Shown in pieces: positions 1-10,112 of a DNA stretch of 61,457 bases. The stretch covers positions 49,584-111,040 of the forward strand of contig JAKUOA010000008.1 of the NCBI GenBank assembly GCA_022451235.1. The letters run 5' to 3'. The position numbers were made by a program, and so were the translations under genes. Every line of letters begins with the position of its first letter. Positions within the stretch are counted from its first letter, which is position 1. The stretch is from Candidatus Thalassarchaeum sp. GTDB taxonomy: Archaea; Thermoplasmatota; Poseidoniia; Poseidoniales; Thalassarchaeaceae. The notes below the pieces were generated by a model, which was not told the origin of the DNA, did not search any database, and saw nothing but the letters and a program-made list of their open reading frames with translations.

Positions 1-401
1 ACAACCATGACTTCGAGTTCCAGACCAGTTGGGATTTCTAGTGTATCATCCTCGATATATTTCCAGGATTCTGATAGGGCAACCAAAGCGGATGCTGCTC
101 CACCAAACCCATTGAATAAAGCGACCATTTCAGGCATCCCTGTCATTTCGACGCGGACGGCCATAACCCAACCGATTAAACCGCCTAAGAGTAATCCGCT
201 ACCAATCAAAATCCAGCCTTCAATTCCATCCCCTAGTTCCATTTGTAGTACTGTTGTGAGAACAGCTACAAGCATCCCCATTGCACCTAATTGATTACCA
301 CGAGGAGCAGTTCTAGGGTGGGATAATCTCTTCAGACCTAGAATGAATAGAGTTGCTGAAAGCAGATATCCAAGACCAATCCATTGGTCATCAATCATCA
401 T
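1..401 (-). CDS. pntB: NAD(P) transhydrogenase subunit beta, N-terminal part (open at left window edge)
   Basis: Absent from the ORF track because it runs off the edge. My minus-strand translation from ATG at 401 gives MMIDDQWIGLGYLLSATLFILGLKRLSHPRTAPRGNQLGAMGM..., a PntB-type membrane N-terminus. ATGA start/stop overlap with the upstream alpha-2 gene. Confidence 0.8.
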   Translation of the reverse strand, partial: MMIDDQWIGLGYLLSATLFILGLKRLSHPRTAPRGNQLGAMGMLVAVLTTVLQMELGDGIEGWILIGSGLLLGGLIGWVMAVRVEMTGMPEMVALFNGFGGAASALVALSESWKYIEDDTLEIPTGLELEVMV

Positions 402-709
402 TGACCACCCCTTTTCTTACCTGCTATCATATTCAACATTCGATTAGTTACGGCGAATCCGCCAACTACGTTGATCATCGCCAGTACTAATGCTACGAAA
501 GCAAGGATTCCACTGACTACTGTATCGCCACCTTCGTAGGCGACATTCGCCCCTAACAAAGCGCCAACTATACTGATTCCTGAAATTGCATTGGCCCCAC
601 TCATTAGTGGAGTGTGGAGAGTGGCTGGAACCTTGGTTATAAGTTCGAAACCTAAGAAAATAGACATTACAAAAAGAGTGATTGAACCAATTAATACCGT
701 GGGCTCCAT
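398..709 (-). CDS. pntAB: NAD(P) transhydrogenase subunit alpha part 2 (membrane)
   Basis: 103 aa, three hydrophobic helices. Overlaps start/stop with pntAA upstream and pntB downstream, the classic split-alpha arrangement. Confidence 0.85.
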   Translation of the reverse strand: MEPTVLIGSITLFVMSIFLGFELITKVPATLHTPLMSGANAISGISIVGALLGANVAYEGGDTVVSGILAFVALVLAMINVVGGFAVTNRMLNMIAGKKRGGQ

Positions 710-1869
710 TACAATACACCTCCTAGTTTGCTCTGTTTAGGATGTATTTTTCCATCTGAACATATCAGCACCCCACCCATTCCTGGAACGTAGAAATTAT
801 CCCCTTCAGGGGCGCCTACCAAGACATCGTCTTCATCTGAAATTTCTAATTCGCCATCAATAAAAATGGATGTTATGAAAGTGGTTAGGTTGTTGGAATA
901 CAACATCGATGCTGTGTTTGCCAATGTGCCAGGGAGATTCTTCACTCCAATTATTGTCACACCGTTTTCTGTTACAACTGTTTCACCTGCAACTGTATCT
1001 TCACAGTTCCCTCCGACATCAGCATTCATGTCAACAATAACAGCACCGGACTTGAACGATGAAACGGCACTACTTGGTACTGTGATAGGCGCTGGTCTTC
1101 CAAAAATTCTTGCAGTCGTCACGATGATATCGGCATCGGAAGCGACACCGCAAACCGTGTCATTTACTTTCTGAATGAATTCCGGAGTAAGTGGTTTTGC
1201 ATAACCAGAATCATCTTCGAAATCATCCATACCATCAACTTCAATGAATCTCCCACCAACAGATTCTATCTGTTCTGCAGCTGACTTCCTTACGTCAGAT
1301 GCGTAGACAACTGCGCCCAGTCTCTTTGCGGTTGCAATCGCCTGAAGACCAGCAACGCCACTACCCATAATCACAACTTTCGCTGGTCTAACCGTTCCCG
1401 CAGATGTGGTCATCATGGGGATTCCCTTAGGAACTGAGGCCGCTCCTAAGAGCACAGCTTTGTATCCTGCAAGATTATCTTGACTCGAATTAACATCCAT
1501 TGATTGTGCTCTAGACAGCCTTCGAGGAATCATATCCATTGACAGAAGTGTTACTCCTGCATCTAAGCAAGCTTGTACCTTTTCAGGGTGACGAAAAGGA
1601 TCTGCTACACAAGCGATGACTTGACCAGATTGAAGTTCGGATATATCTGGTAGATGAATGGAAATAATTAGAGGAGATTTTAGCACTTCTAGTCTGTTTG
1701 ATATGGTCGCACCGTTTTTTTCGTATTCAGAATCATAATGGTTTGCAGCAATACCAGCATTAGATTCTACAATTACTTCAAACCCGGACTTGCTTAATTT
1801 ACGGAGTGATTTAGGTACAATTGCAACCCTTGTCTCGCCTTCAGGTTCTTTCAACACACCTAGTCTCAT
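709..1869 (-). CDS. pntAA: NAD(P) transhydrogenase subunit alpha part 1 (alanine dehydrogenase-like dI domain)
   Basis: 386 aa with a Rossmann motif VVIMGSGVAGLQAIATAKRLGA and overall AlaDH/PNT architecture. Confidence 0.9.
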   Translation of the reverse strand: MRLGVLKEPEGETRVAIVPKSLRKLSKSGFEVIVESNAGIAANHYDSEYEKNGATISNRLEVLKSPLIISIHLPDISELQSGQVIACVADPFRHPEKVQACLDAGVTLLSMDMIPRRLSRAQSMDVNSSQDNLAGYKAVLLGAASVPKGIPMMTTSAGTVRPAKVVIMGSGVAGLQAIATAKRLGAVVYASDVRKSAAEQIESVGGRFIEVDGMDDFEDDSGYAKPLTPEFIQKVNDTVCGVASDADIIVTTARIFGRPAPITVPSSAVSSFKSGAVIVDMNADVGGNCEDTVAGETVVTENGVTIIGVKNLPGTLANTASMLYSNNLTTFITSIFIDGELEISDEDDVLVGAPEGDNFYVPGMGGVLICSDGKIHPKQSKLGGVL

Positions 1870-1888
1870 TCAAGTCACACTCGCCCCA

Positions 1889-1905
1889 ATGAGCCATAGG
1901 CTCAT
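1889..1905. promoter_or_regulatory. Perfect 7-3-7 palindrome ATGAGCC-ATA-GGCTCAT, 20-36 nt upstream of the pntAA start
   Basis: Read directly from the sequence. Its position in the 5' region of the pnt operon suggests an operator or leader hairpin. Confidence 0.3.
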
Positions 1906-1983
1906 GTCGGTTGTGCATTGCGACCGGAATTAGATTATTGAACCAAACGGATTAGTTACCTCGTACAAAATATCGCCTTGCAA

Positions 1984-2724
1984 TTAGAAGAGTATCAGAT
2001 AGGCTATTCCAAAGACAGCTAAGTCGGCAATTGCATGAGATAACCAACAAACGAAAAGAGATCGATGACGTAGCCATAATATTGACCATGTCGCACCTGC
2101 AATAAACACACCAAGACTTGCTATTGCATTCTGCCATGGTTCAAAATATAAGCTCAAAAGTACTGTATGGTGACAAGTGAAAATCGCCGCCGATAATAAT
2201 ACAGAAATATATTCTCGGCCGGTTATCTCAAGAAGTCTGTCGCCAATAAATTGTCTAAAAACAAATTCTTCTATCAGACTATTGATGGTTATCCAATAGA
2301 TCATCCCAGTAATAAATAGTGGAAGATTCAATAATCCCGTAGGGCCTATTTCTTTTTTCATTAATTCCACATCAATGGTATCACCAAACATTAGAAAAAT
2401 CACTCCAATAATAACAAAAATAATTATTCCTGAAATTAATGATTCATTCCTCCCATTAGAATTCATTTCGCCTAACATAAGTCTACTTTCTTCAATCCGA
2501 TATATCCAATATACAGGTATGAAAATATACCATAATTTTGAAAAAATAAAGAATATTTGCCCTTGTAATTCAGACTCGCTCCAAGAATATGTGAATATTA
2601 TAGAGATTGTAGGCATTATCGACACGAGTATCAGTGCGATAAATGCCCTCATGGCTTTATCCATACCACTAGCCAATACACTGTGTAAAATTAGTCTTAG
2701 GGCGGCATTGAACGAACCTAACAC
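1984..2724 (-). CDS. CPBP-family intramembrane metalloprotease (CAAX protease/Abi-like)
   Basis: Polytopic membrane protein carrying the three family motifs EEFVFRQF, FTCHH and HAIADL. Confidence 0.7.
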   Translation of the reverse strand: MLGSFNAALRLILHSVLASGMDKAMRAFIALILVSIMPTISIIFTYSWSESELQGQIFFIFSKLWYIFIPVYWIYRIEESRLMLGEMNSNGRNESLISGIIIFVIIGVIFLMFGDTIDVELMKKEIGPTGLLNLPLFITGMIYWITINSLIEEFVFRQFIGDRLLEITGREYISVLLSAAIFTCHHTVLLSLYFEPWQNAIASLGVFIAGATWSILWLRHRSLFVCWLSHAIADLAVFGIAYLILF

Positions 2725-2774
2725 TCACTAAAGGCTAAGGATGTAATTCTCACCCCAACTATTGAGGATAACAA

Positions 2775-3770
2775 ATGCGACCTATGGATAAAGAAACGAA
2801 CGCACCGATAAGAGTCGCCATCACTGGAGCAGCAGGTAACATCGGCTATGCCTTATTGTGGAGAATTGCTAGTGGAGACTGCTTTGGAAAAAATCAACCC
2901 ATAATTTTACAATTACTGGAAATACCTCCGGGAATGCAACGCCTTGATGGAGTGATTATGGAATTAAGAGATTCTGCCTTCCCATTAGTGCACGACATCA
3001 TCGGCACCGATAATCCAGAGGTAGCATTTAACGATGCTAATGCAATTTTCTTAGTCGGATCTCGACCACGAACTAAGGATATGGATCGATCTGATCTTGT
3101 TGCAGCGAATGGACCTATTTTTGTAGGTCAAGGCAAAGCAATAGAAGCGGTAGCATCGTCAAATGTGAAAGTAATTACCGTAGGTAATCCATGTAATACA
3201 AATGCGCTAATAGCCTCCGCTAACGCTCCAAATATTCCTAATAGGCAATTTACTGCTATGACTCGGTTGGACCAAAACCGCGCTGTCGGTCAACTAGCAG
3301 AGCGAGCAGGAGTTCCAGCATCAAAGGTAGAAGACGTATTCATTTGGGGTAACCACTCAAACACAATGTATCCTGACCCCAGATTTGCTAAGGTAGATGG
3401 TGAATCAGTGGTCGAATTATTCGATAATGAATGGCTACAAGGTGCGTTTCTGGATACCGTTGCAACCCGTGGTAAGGAGATTATAGTAGCACGTGGTGCT
3501 TCCTCCGCCGCATCGGCTGCTTCTGCTGCAGTTGACCATATGAGAGACTGGTGGCAAGGTTCTGATGGTCGCATTGTGTCGATGGCATTACCTTCGGAGG
3601 GTTGGTACGGAGTTCCAAAGGGGCTAGTGTTTAGTTTCCCATGCCGATGTGAAAATGGAGAGATGATTGTCGTTGAAGATCTGTCTATAGACGAATTTGC
3701 CCAACAAAAAATAGATGAAAATGTGAATGCATTGCTTGAAGAACGTGATGCAGTTAGTGAATTGTTGTAA
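2775..3770 (+). CDS. mdh: Malate dehydrogenase (type 2, cytosolic/Thermus-like)
   Basis: [23 protein letters not shown]-terminus, GNPCNTNA and GNHS motifs, 331 aa. Confidence 0.9.
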   Translation: MRPMDKETNAPIRVAITGAAGNIGYALLWRIASGDCFGKNQPIILQLLEIPPGMQRLDGVIMELRDSAFPLVHDIIGTDNPEVAFNDANAIFLVGSRPRTKDMDRSDLVAANGPIFVGQGKAIEAVASSNVKVITVGNPCNTNALIASANAPNIPNRQFTAMTRLDQNRAVGQLAERAGVPASKVEDVFIWGNHSNTMYPDPRFAKVDGESVVELFDNEWLQGAFLDTVATRGKEIIVARGASSAASAASAAVDHMRDWWQGSDGRIVSMALPSEGWYGVPKGLVFSFPCRCENGEMIVVEDLSIDEFAQQKIDENVNALLEERDAVSELL

Positions 3771-3856
3771 TCAGTGTTAGAAAAATTCATTCTAAATCAT
3801 CTGTTAGTAGGAACAATGACCCGGCGGTTTCATTTTCTTGGGCCGGCTCGCAGTGA

Positions 3857-4621
3857 TTGATGAACGAGGCACGTCGTCACATTCATCTCGAGCATGATGG
3901 TAAACTACTGCTGGTTGATTTACAAGGTAAAGGGCCCGCGATTCCTCAAATGGGAAGGAAAGGAGAGGGAGGATTCTCCATTCGTCTTCCGACTCCCGAA
4001 GAAGCAGAAGAAATGGGATTAACATGGAAGGTAAAGAGGACAAATCTATTCAGATTAGGTCAAGAAATGCACGAAGTGATTGTTGCGACCCCTGAAATTT
4101 CTTGGCCCGGTGAGTGGGCTTGGAAAGATGCGGTAATTAGTGATAGTGAAGTTGATCCAGTCGCTCGAGAATCGGTTTATCGAACCCTCCATAGAGTGGT
4201 TAGCAAGGTTGTCATAACAAATCCCTCAAATCAGATATTAATGGCAAAAGTAACTCGAGGATTCTTTACCGGTTGTTGGACATTACCCGGAGGATTCGTC
4301 GACTATGGAGAGCATCCCCGTGTAGGTGCTGAACGCGAAGCACTGGAAGAGCTAGGAATCAATATCCGAATCCCCGACCCAATCGGAGAATCTAGTGAAG
4401 GATATGGAACTAAGTCTGAGTCAATAATAAGACAGGAGATTTTTACCCCCGATGGTATATGTTGGCTTTCATTTACCTACAAATGTGAAGCTGATATTTC
4501 TGCCGAAGAAATTGTCCCAAAAGATGATGAAATAGAGGAAGCAAAATGGTTTGGTAAACAGGAAGCATTGTCGGTAGCAGTTTCGCTGTTTGACATTGAA
4601 GCAATCAAAAAATTCCTTTGA
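3857..4621 (+). CDS. NUDIX hydrolase with an N-terminal accessory domain
   Basis: Nudix box GGFVDYGEHPRVGAEREALEELG in the C-terminal half. Confidence 0.75.
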   Translation: MMNEARRHIHLEHDGKLLLVDLQGKGPAIPQMGRKGEGGFSIRLPTPEEAEEMGLTWKVKRTNLFRLGQEMHEVIVATPEISWPGEWAWKDAVISDSEVDPVARESVYRTLHRVVSKVVITNPSNQILMAKVTRGFFTGCWTLPGGFVDYGEHPRVGAEREALEELGINIRIPDPIGESSEGYGTKSESIIRQEIFTPDGICWLSFTYKCEADISAEEIVPKDDEIEEAKWFGKQEALSVAVSLFDIEAIKKFL

Positions 4622-4654
4622 GATTGCAAAGGCTTTCGCATATTGAAGAAAAGT

Positions 4655-4732
4655 TGGTGGGCCTGCCTGGATTTGAACCAGGGTCAAATGGTCCCAAACC
4701 ATCTAGCATAGGCCAGACTAACCCACAGGCCC
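4655..4732 (-). tRNA. tRNA-Pro (anticodon UGG), genomically encoded CCA
   Basis: Hand-folded. Acceptor GGGCCTG/CAGGCCC. Anticodon stem GATGG/CCATT with loop TTTGGGA. T-arm CCTGG-TTCAAAT-CCAGG, then A-CCA. The D-stem is weak (3 pairs, two of them wobble). Confidence 0.75.
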
Positions 4733-4769
4733 GTGAGTAACTTGGCCACCTGAGTTTACTTTATGGAGT

Positions 4770-5207
4770 TCACGCTAACCATTTCCACTCATCTTGACCA
4801 GCTCTATGGACTACTCCCTGTAGTTCGGCCATTCCAATAATTTGTTCGGCAGATGGTTCAGTAACTCCTTCTATGTCGAGACATTCTCGTACTGATTGCA
4901 AAGTGAATACGCCTCTTTCGTCTGTTGATTGCTTGAGTATTCTTTGAATTGTTCCAGCGTTTGCTGTATCTCTAGTCTTCAATTGTTTACGCTTTTTTTC
5001 ATTCAATTTATTCGCTATTTCTTGGCTTATTTCTGAAGGAATATTTGCATTTGCCACCGCCTCGGTTAGTTGAGTAGAATCAGTAAAAACCGCTGTAGTA
5101 GTAATTTGGCTAGATTCACCACATCTACTGCAGGATGCTTGAGTGCCTTGTCGGGCCCCGAAAGACTGGCCACATTTACACCGAAGCAGTAGCCAATTGC
5201 TCGTCAT
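4770..5207 (-). CDS. Hypothetical protein with an N-terminal CxC...CxxC zinc ribbon
   Basis: CKCGQSFGARQGTQASCSRCG near the N-terminus, then a helical C-terminal domain. Resembles small archaeal zinc-ribbon proteins; function unknown. Confidence 0.5.
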   Translation of the reverse strand: MTSNWLLLRCKCGQSFGARQGTQASCSRCGESSQITTTAVFTDSTQLTEAVANANIPSEISQEIANKLNEKKRKQLKTRDTANAGTIQRILKQSTDERGVFTLQSVRECLDIEGVTEPSAEQIIGMAELQGVVHRAGQDEWKWLA

Positions 5208-5235
5208 ATTTCATCCTGTAAAGTCAGGGTTCAAG

Positions 5236-5604
5236 ATGTTGTCCTATACCTATAAATCGACAATCCGACTTCTATTTGACGAAATTAAGGGCATTCCTAA
5301 TCAAACAGGAACACTAGGGCCTAGTGTGCAAAGCCCTCGAATAGTCATCGGTTGGTTAGCGTTTATGCTTCTAATCGCTTTTTCGATTTACTCATTTATC
5401 GATACTGGTTCGATAACTCTCGAGGTTTGGATTTCCTTACTACTCACTCCAGCAGCCCTCGCTTTGGCACTAAATCGAAACGTATGGTGGAAAAGAGACA
5501 CAAATCATGCAACAACATTAGTCGAGGAAGAAGACGTTGAATTGGATTCAAATAAAGAAGTCCCTAATCCAGAAGAGGATGGGTTCGATATACCCGTATT
5601 GTAA
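5236..5604 (+). CDS. Small membrane protein, acidic C-terminus
   Basis: The track ORF 5143..5604 overlaps the convergent upstream gene, so the internal ATG at 5236 (MLSYTYK...) is the more likely start. Two hydrophobic helices. Confidence 0.4.
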   Translation: MLSYTYKSTIRLLFDEIKGIPNQTGTLGPSVQSPRIVIGWLAFMLLIAFSIYSFIDTGSITLEVWISLLLTPAALALALNRNVWWKRDTNHATTLVEEEDVELDSNKEVPNPEEDGFDIPVL

Positions 5605-5615
5605 ATGCAAATAGG

Positions 5616-6833
5616 TTAACTGCCCCAATATGCTTCCCTCATGGCTTGATTGGCTTCCATACATGCGACTACATCTGCAGGTCGTTGAGGCATGGAATCT
5701 ATGCCCGCTAGATGATCATGAATAGGTTGGATATTGGATAAATTGACGACCCCCCAACCTACCTGAGTACACGGAGCGACCGGCGAAATCGGTAATGTCC
5801 CCGATGTAGGATCCCATGTAGAAGCACTCGGATACCACGCAGACAAATTTAGTGCATCACGAATATCATCATTAGAGATGGAGAGATTTGTACCGTTAAC
5901 AAGTAACCCACCCCTTTCTTCAGAAGCACCAGTGCCGATATCTCCCGAATCTTGTCTAAGCATAGTTAAAATCATGCTTAGGATTCCTGCAGTTCTAGGT
6001 GTAGCAAATGAGGTCCCAGACGTTTGATGGTATCCATCTATATCATCATGGTTGGGTAGCATCTGAGTCCAATCTGCTGCGATGTCTGGATAAGAACCGC
6101 TCATTGTTTCCTTTTGGTCATCATCCTCTTCAGCATATCCAGAAACTCCGATTGACCAGGGTGGACCCGCGGTAGGATCCTGCACGGCAGGTGATGGAGT
6201 GTTGTCTGCTGCTCCTGTGTGAATCTTCTTGTTCTCGACTACTGCTACTCTTGTTGAATCCTCAATTCCAGGTACTGGAATAGAACCAATAGGACCAAAT
6301 GAAGTGGTAATTATGTCCACTAAGGGTTGGTTAGCTGCAGCGAGTACAGCCGCGTCGCTAAATCCTTCGACAAAGAAAATGATTGCGTTTGGATTTGCAT
6401 CCAAAACAGAACCAGTAACTGCAGTACCATGTCCATCGGAGGGGTCATCTAGAATCGGAATATCCGTTGCATCATCTGGTGTTGTACCAATAATTCTGGT
6501 TCCAGAAAAGTATACTATATCAGAAGAAGTTATGATATCCCAGCAGGTCTCTTTGTCTGCTTCGTAGCGTTCTTCCCAAGTACCTTCTTTTGTGATATTA
6601 CACCACATTGTTACGCCGAGACCATTCAGCATCCAATCGGGAAGTGTTTCATTGAGGATAAAATGCTGATGATACACATTAATCCCGGTATCAATTGGCG
6701 CTACTATACTGTATGCCTCTAATCGTTCATCCTCGATAATTTCTACTGTTTTGGTATCATTAGTATGTATACAACCAGCAAGTGTTGAGGATAAAATCAC
6801 CACCGATACTATGGCCCAGGGTACAATCCTCAT
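5616..6833 (-). CDS. Secreted subtilisin-like serine protease (peptidase S8), probable lipoprotein
   Basis: Catalytic triad contexts DTGINVYH, GHGTAVTGS and SGTSFATPRTAG. Signal peptide ends in the lipobox-like LAGC. Confidence 0.75.
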   Translation of the reverse strand: MRIVPWAIVSVVILSSTLAGCIHTNDTKTVEIIEDERLEAYSIVAPIDTGINVYHQHFILNETLPDWMLNGLGVTMWCNITKEGTWEERYEADKETCWDIITSSDIVYFSGTRIIGTTPDDATDIPILDDPSDGHGTAVTGSVLDANPNAIIFFVEGFSDAAVLAAANQPLVDIITTSFGPIGSIPVPGIEDSTRVAVVENKKIHTGAADNTPSPAVQDPTAGPPWSIGVSGYAEEDDDQKETMSGSYPDIAADWTQMLPNHDDIDGYHQTSGTSFATPRTAGILSMILTMLRQDSGDIGTGASEERGGLLVNGTNLSISNDDIRDALNLSAWYPSASTWDPTSGTLPISPVAPCTQVGWGVVNLSNIQPIHDHLAGIDSMPQRPADVVACMEANQAMREAYWGS

Positions 6834-6890
6834 GACCTTTGGCTAAGGCGAATGCGTTTGAGTTTGATGTATCTCTGACAAAATCAATGT

Positions 6891-8807
6891 TCACTTTAGC
6901 CTAAGTGTTTCAAGGTTGTCCGGAGCGTAGGTTTGAACCCTAAACTCATCTCTAAGTCCCTGACGAAATGCATTACATGTTTTTGCGTCTCCATGATGAC
7001 AAATAATCTTCCTAGGGGTTGGATTTAACGCCTTTACGTAGTCCATTAACTGACGTCTATCAGAGTGTCCGCTAAAGCCATCGATTGTTACAACATTGCA
7101 AGCCACTGGGACCATGTGTGTGTGTCCTTTATCCATGAGAGGCACTTCGGCGTGGCCTTGTTGTAGTCTTCTTCCAAGAGTGCCATAGGCTTGATATCCA
7201 ACAAAACAAAGTGTGCTATTGGTTTCAGGAGCCCAATGCTTGAAGTACTCAATTATGGGTCCTCCAGTCATCATTCCAGAAGTTGCCAAAACAATGCAAG
7301 AAGAAGGATCGTAAAGTATGGATTCTCTTTGTTCTCGGCTATCAACTTGCTTGAACCAACTTGAATTGAAAGGATTTTCTTCTCCTCCTTTCAACACCTT
7401 ACTACGCAATTCACGATTAAGGAAATCAGGGTGGCTAGCGTGAATCGCGGTAGCCTCTGAAATCATCCCATCTAGCCAAACAGTTACGGGTTTAACCTCA
7501 CCAGATTTGAATAATTGGTCGATTGCAATCATTACTTCTTGAGAACGTCCCACAGCGAATACTGGGCAGAAAATCTTCCCTCCACGAGAAAGAGCTAATT
7601 TCACCAAATCTTGTAATTCCTGTGTAGCATCGGCCCGATTTGGTTGGAAATCTTGAGCCCCGCCGTAGGTTGATTCAATAACCAAGGTTTCGACCTTTTG
7701 GAACCTAACTGTTGCTGCATCGAATAACCATGATTTTTCGTACTTAATATCGCCAGAGAATAATAATCTATGTTCAGAATTACCTTCACCAATCTGCATG
7801 TAAACACTAGAAGACCCGAGAATATGTCCTGCATTTTCAAGGGTGATTTTAACGTCTGGAGCAATATCAGTCTTAACTCCCCAACGAATATCTACAACGT
7901 GTTTGATACATTCTTGGATATCCGCCTTTGAATAAGGTGCTTCTGAACCTTCTGCTTGTGAGACTTTGATGTAATCCATTTGTAATAATGTCATCAAATC
8001 CCTAGTAGGGGGTGTGCAATATACTGGCCCTCGATATCCGTAACGAAATAGAACCGGAAGCATGGCTATATGGTCAACGTGAGCGTGAGTGAGTACGATT
8101 GCGTCAAGATTATCCAAAGGAAGTAATTCTGGAGCATTAAAGAATGGCTGAACCTCACTACGATTCATGGTTGGCTTGGCTCCACAATCAACTAGGACTC
8201 TTGATTCATTTGTTGTAACCAAATGCATTGCTCTTCCAACTTCTCGATAGGATCCTAAAGCAGTAAGTCTAACCCATGGTTCACCAGCTCTTTTTGGGCG
8301 ATAAATCCGAGTTCCAAATTTCTTCAATAGTGATTTCCTTTCATCGGCTAATTCCTTTCTATATCTACGGATATCATGTTGTGTTCGGCTCTCAAAGGCT
8401 GGAGCGCGTTCGACTGATACTAACCAGCCAATTTCATCTCTGAGATTTTTGATATTGATGCCCTTAGGACCGACTGCAGTAGCGGGATCATCACATTCCA
8501 GAGTAACTTCGGATAATGCAGGATCTAGCCAAACATTTCTCACTTCAGCCTCGGAGGGAATTATCTCGTTGACTTTTTGACGAACAGAAGCCTCATCGGC
8601 AAGAATATCAGGATGGGGTCTTACAATCACCCTTCGCTTGACGTTTTTTGCAATTTTTACGGTTAATGAGTGACCAGCTCCTCCGAAAGCTTCAGGCTGT
8701 TTGGTGATAATTGCAATCGAACCTGCTTCTACTTCGACTTCATAGTCAATGTCTTCAGGTACTAACTTGGATACCCTTTGCTTTACTTCTGTCAACGTTA
8801 ATCTCAT
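6891..8807 (-). CDS. fttA: aCPSF1/FttA: KH-domain beta-CASP metallo-beta-lactamase ribonuclease
   Basis: N-terminal KH domains, HAHVDH motif, beta-CASP C-terminal half. The ATG at 8807 is preceded by GAGGTG; the track start is a GTG inside that SD-like element. Confidence 0.9.
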   Translation of the reverse strand: MRLTLTEVKQRVSKLVPEDIDYEVEVEAGSIAIITKQPEAFGGAGHSLTVKIAKNVKRRVIVRPHPDILADEASVRQKVNEIIPSEAEVRNVWLDPALSEVTLECDDPATAVGPKGINIKNLRDEIGWLVSVERAPAFESRTQHDIRRYRKELADERKSLLKKFGTRIYRPKRAGEPWVRLTALGSYREVGRAMHLVTTNESRVLVDCGAKPTMNRSEVQPFFNAPELLPLDNLDAIVLTHAHVDHIAMLPVLFRYGYRGPVYCTPPTRDLMTLLQMDYIKVSQAEGSEAPYSKADIQECIKHVVDIRWGVKTDIAPDVKITLENAGHILGSSSVYMQIGEGNSEHRLLFSGDIKYEKSWLFDAATVRFQKVETLVIESTYGGAQDFQPNRADATQELQDLVKLALSRGGKIFCPVFAVGRSQEVMIAIDQLFKSGEVKPVTVWLDGMISEATAIHASHPDFLNRELRSKVLKGGEENPFNSSWFKQVDSREQRESILYDPSSCIVLATSGMMTGGPIIEYFKHWAPETNSTLCFVGYQAYGTLGRRLQQGHAEVPLMDKGHTHMVPVACNVVTIDGFSGHSDRRQLMDYVKALNPTPRKIICHHGDAKTCNAFRQGLRDEFRVQTYAPDNLETLRLK

Positions 8808-8887
8808 TATACACACCTCATTAGGCGAACTCCACCCTCTACCAAAACCTCGAAATGAGGTATATGGCTAAATGCCGTGGAGATTAA

Positions 8888-9514
8888 TCACAATTTTGAA
8901 AGTAGGTCTGAGACCTCTTTTTCAGTTAGTTGTTGGTAGCCCTCGTCTTTTGTAATTACCGCTAGGTCCATTCCATTTCCGCTTGCAGCATCCCTTTGTG
9001 CAGAAGCTAAGAGTGCCTTTGCAGCGACCTTTAGGGCTTGATTCTTATTCATTCCATCCTTGTATTGATCTTCTAGGACACCATACATGAATGGGCTTCC
9101 TGAACCAGTAGCGCAATAAACGTCGGGTATAGAACCACCAGCAGAGTCGATTGAATATACACTCGGTCCATCTTCATCAGTTCCAACAATCAATAGTTGA
9201 ACATAGTGAGGTCGGCCGACTAAGATGTTAGCAGTCAATGTGGCGGCACCACGAACAGTCATTGGAGTATTCCTCTTTAGTTCGTATAGCCTCAATTCTG
9301 CTGCAAGGGTTCGGGATAGAGATTGTGCATGTCCAACAAGACCTGCAGTAGTTAAGGCGACGTTGTTTGAAATCTTGAATAACTTCTTTACACTCTTGTT
9401 TGCGATAAAGTGTCCCATTGTTGCCCTGTGGTCTGCACCTACGACTACACCGCCGTCGAATGTAATGCCAACTGTGCTGGTTCCGGTCTTGACGACGTCT
9501 GCTTCTGCGTTCAT
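8888..9514 (-). CDS. psmB: Proteasome subunit beta
   Basis: Short propeptide, then TGTSTVGITFDGGVVVGADHR (catalytic Thr context). Confidence 0.9.
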   Translation of the reverse strand: MNAEADVVKTGTSTVGITFDGGVVVGADHRATMGHFIANKSVKKLFKISNNVALTTAGLVGHAQSLSRTLAAELRLYELKRNTPMTVRGAATLTANILVGRPHYVQLLIVGTDEDGPSVYSIDSAGGSIPDVYCATGSGSPFMYGVLEDQYKDGMNKNQALKVAAKALLASAQRDAASGNGMDLAVITKDEGYQQLTEKEVSDLLSKL

Positions 9515-9695
9515 CTGAAATCACCGCACGGAGAGTTCCCTGCGGAATGCACTCAAATCCGGCCCCTTATCAATCCGACGGGAGGGTATTGAGCGAAAGT
9601 CCTGAATCTTGTGAATTTGAGTAGGGGGGCGAATTGTTTATTTTTTACCAAAACTAACCGTATTCCTCAAAGAGCGAATTACACCGGATGGGATT

Positions 9696-10103
9696 ATGGC
9701 GAAGCCTACTAGGTCCGAACCTAAGTGGATTGAGATGCCTAGTTTACCATCTCAATCTAGAAATTCTTCCATGGATCCAGGTCAGGATTACCATGATTTG
9801 GGTGAGCTTTACGCAGATGCGCCAGTAGCGAGAGGAATGGGGGACGTTATCGTTCACAGAGCGATTTTAGACGATATAACTGGAATCTCTAAATTACTGA
9901 ATTGGGTATCTGACGGCGATATTGTAATTTTAGAAATGTCACGTTTGATAACTGTGGAAACCGAATTAAGGATAGCGGTAGATAGAATTCAATCTTTTGT
10001 TGAATCCGACTTATCTGGAGAAGTCATTAGATTAGGCACCTCAAGATTACTACTCTTGCCATCAACATTTGCTATATCCGAGATACAAAATACTGCTTAT
10101 TGA
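9696..10103 (+). CDS. sepF: Cell division protein SepF
   Basis: The C-terminal 80 aa (VIVHRAILDDITGISKLLNWVSDGDIVILEMSRL...GEVIRLGTSRLLLLP) follows the archaeal SepF core pattern as I recall it from haloarchaeal SepF. Confidence 0.7.
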   Translation: MAKPTRSEPKWIEMPSLPSQSRNSSMDPGQDYHDLGELYADAPVARGMGDVIVHRAILDDITGISKLLNWVSDGDIVILEMSRLITVETELRIAVDRIQSFVESDLSGEVIRLGTSRLLLLPSTFAISEIQNTAY

Positions 10104-10112
10104 GGTGGAGAT

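Noticed and set aside
7-294. 95-aa plus-strand ORF at the left edge
   Set aside because: It is antisense to the PntB N-terminus, which translates into a convincing transhydrogenase beta sequence on the minus strand.
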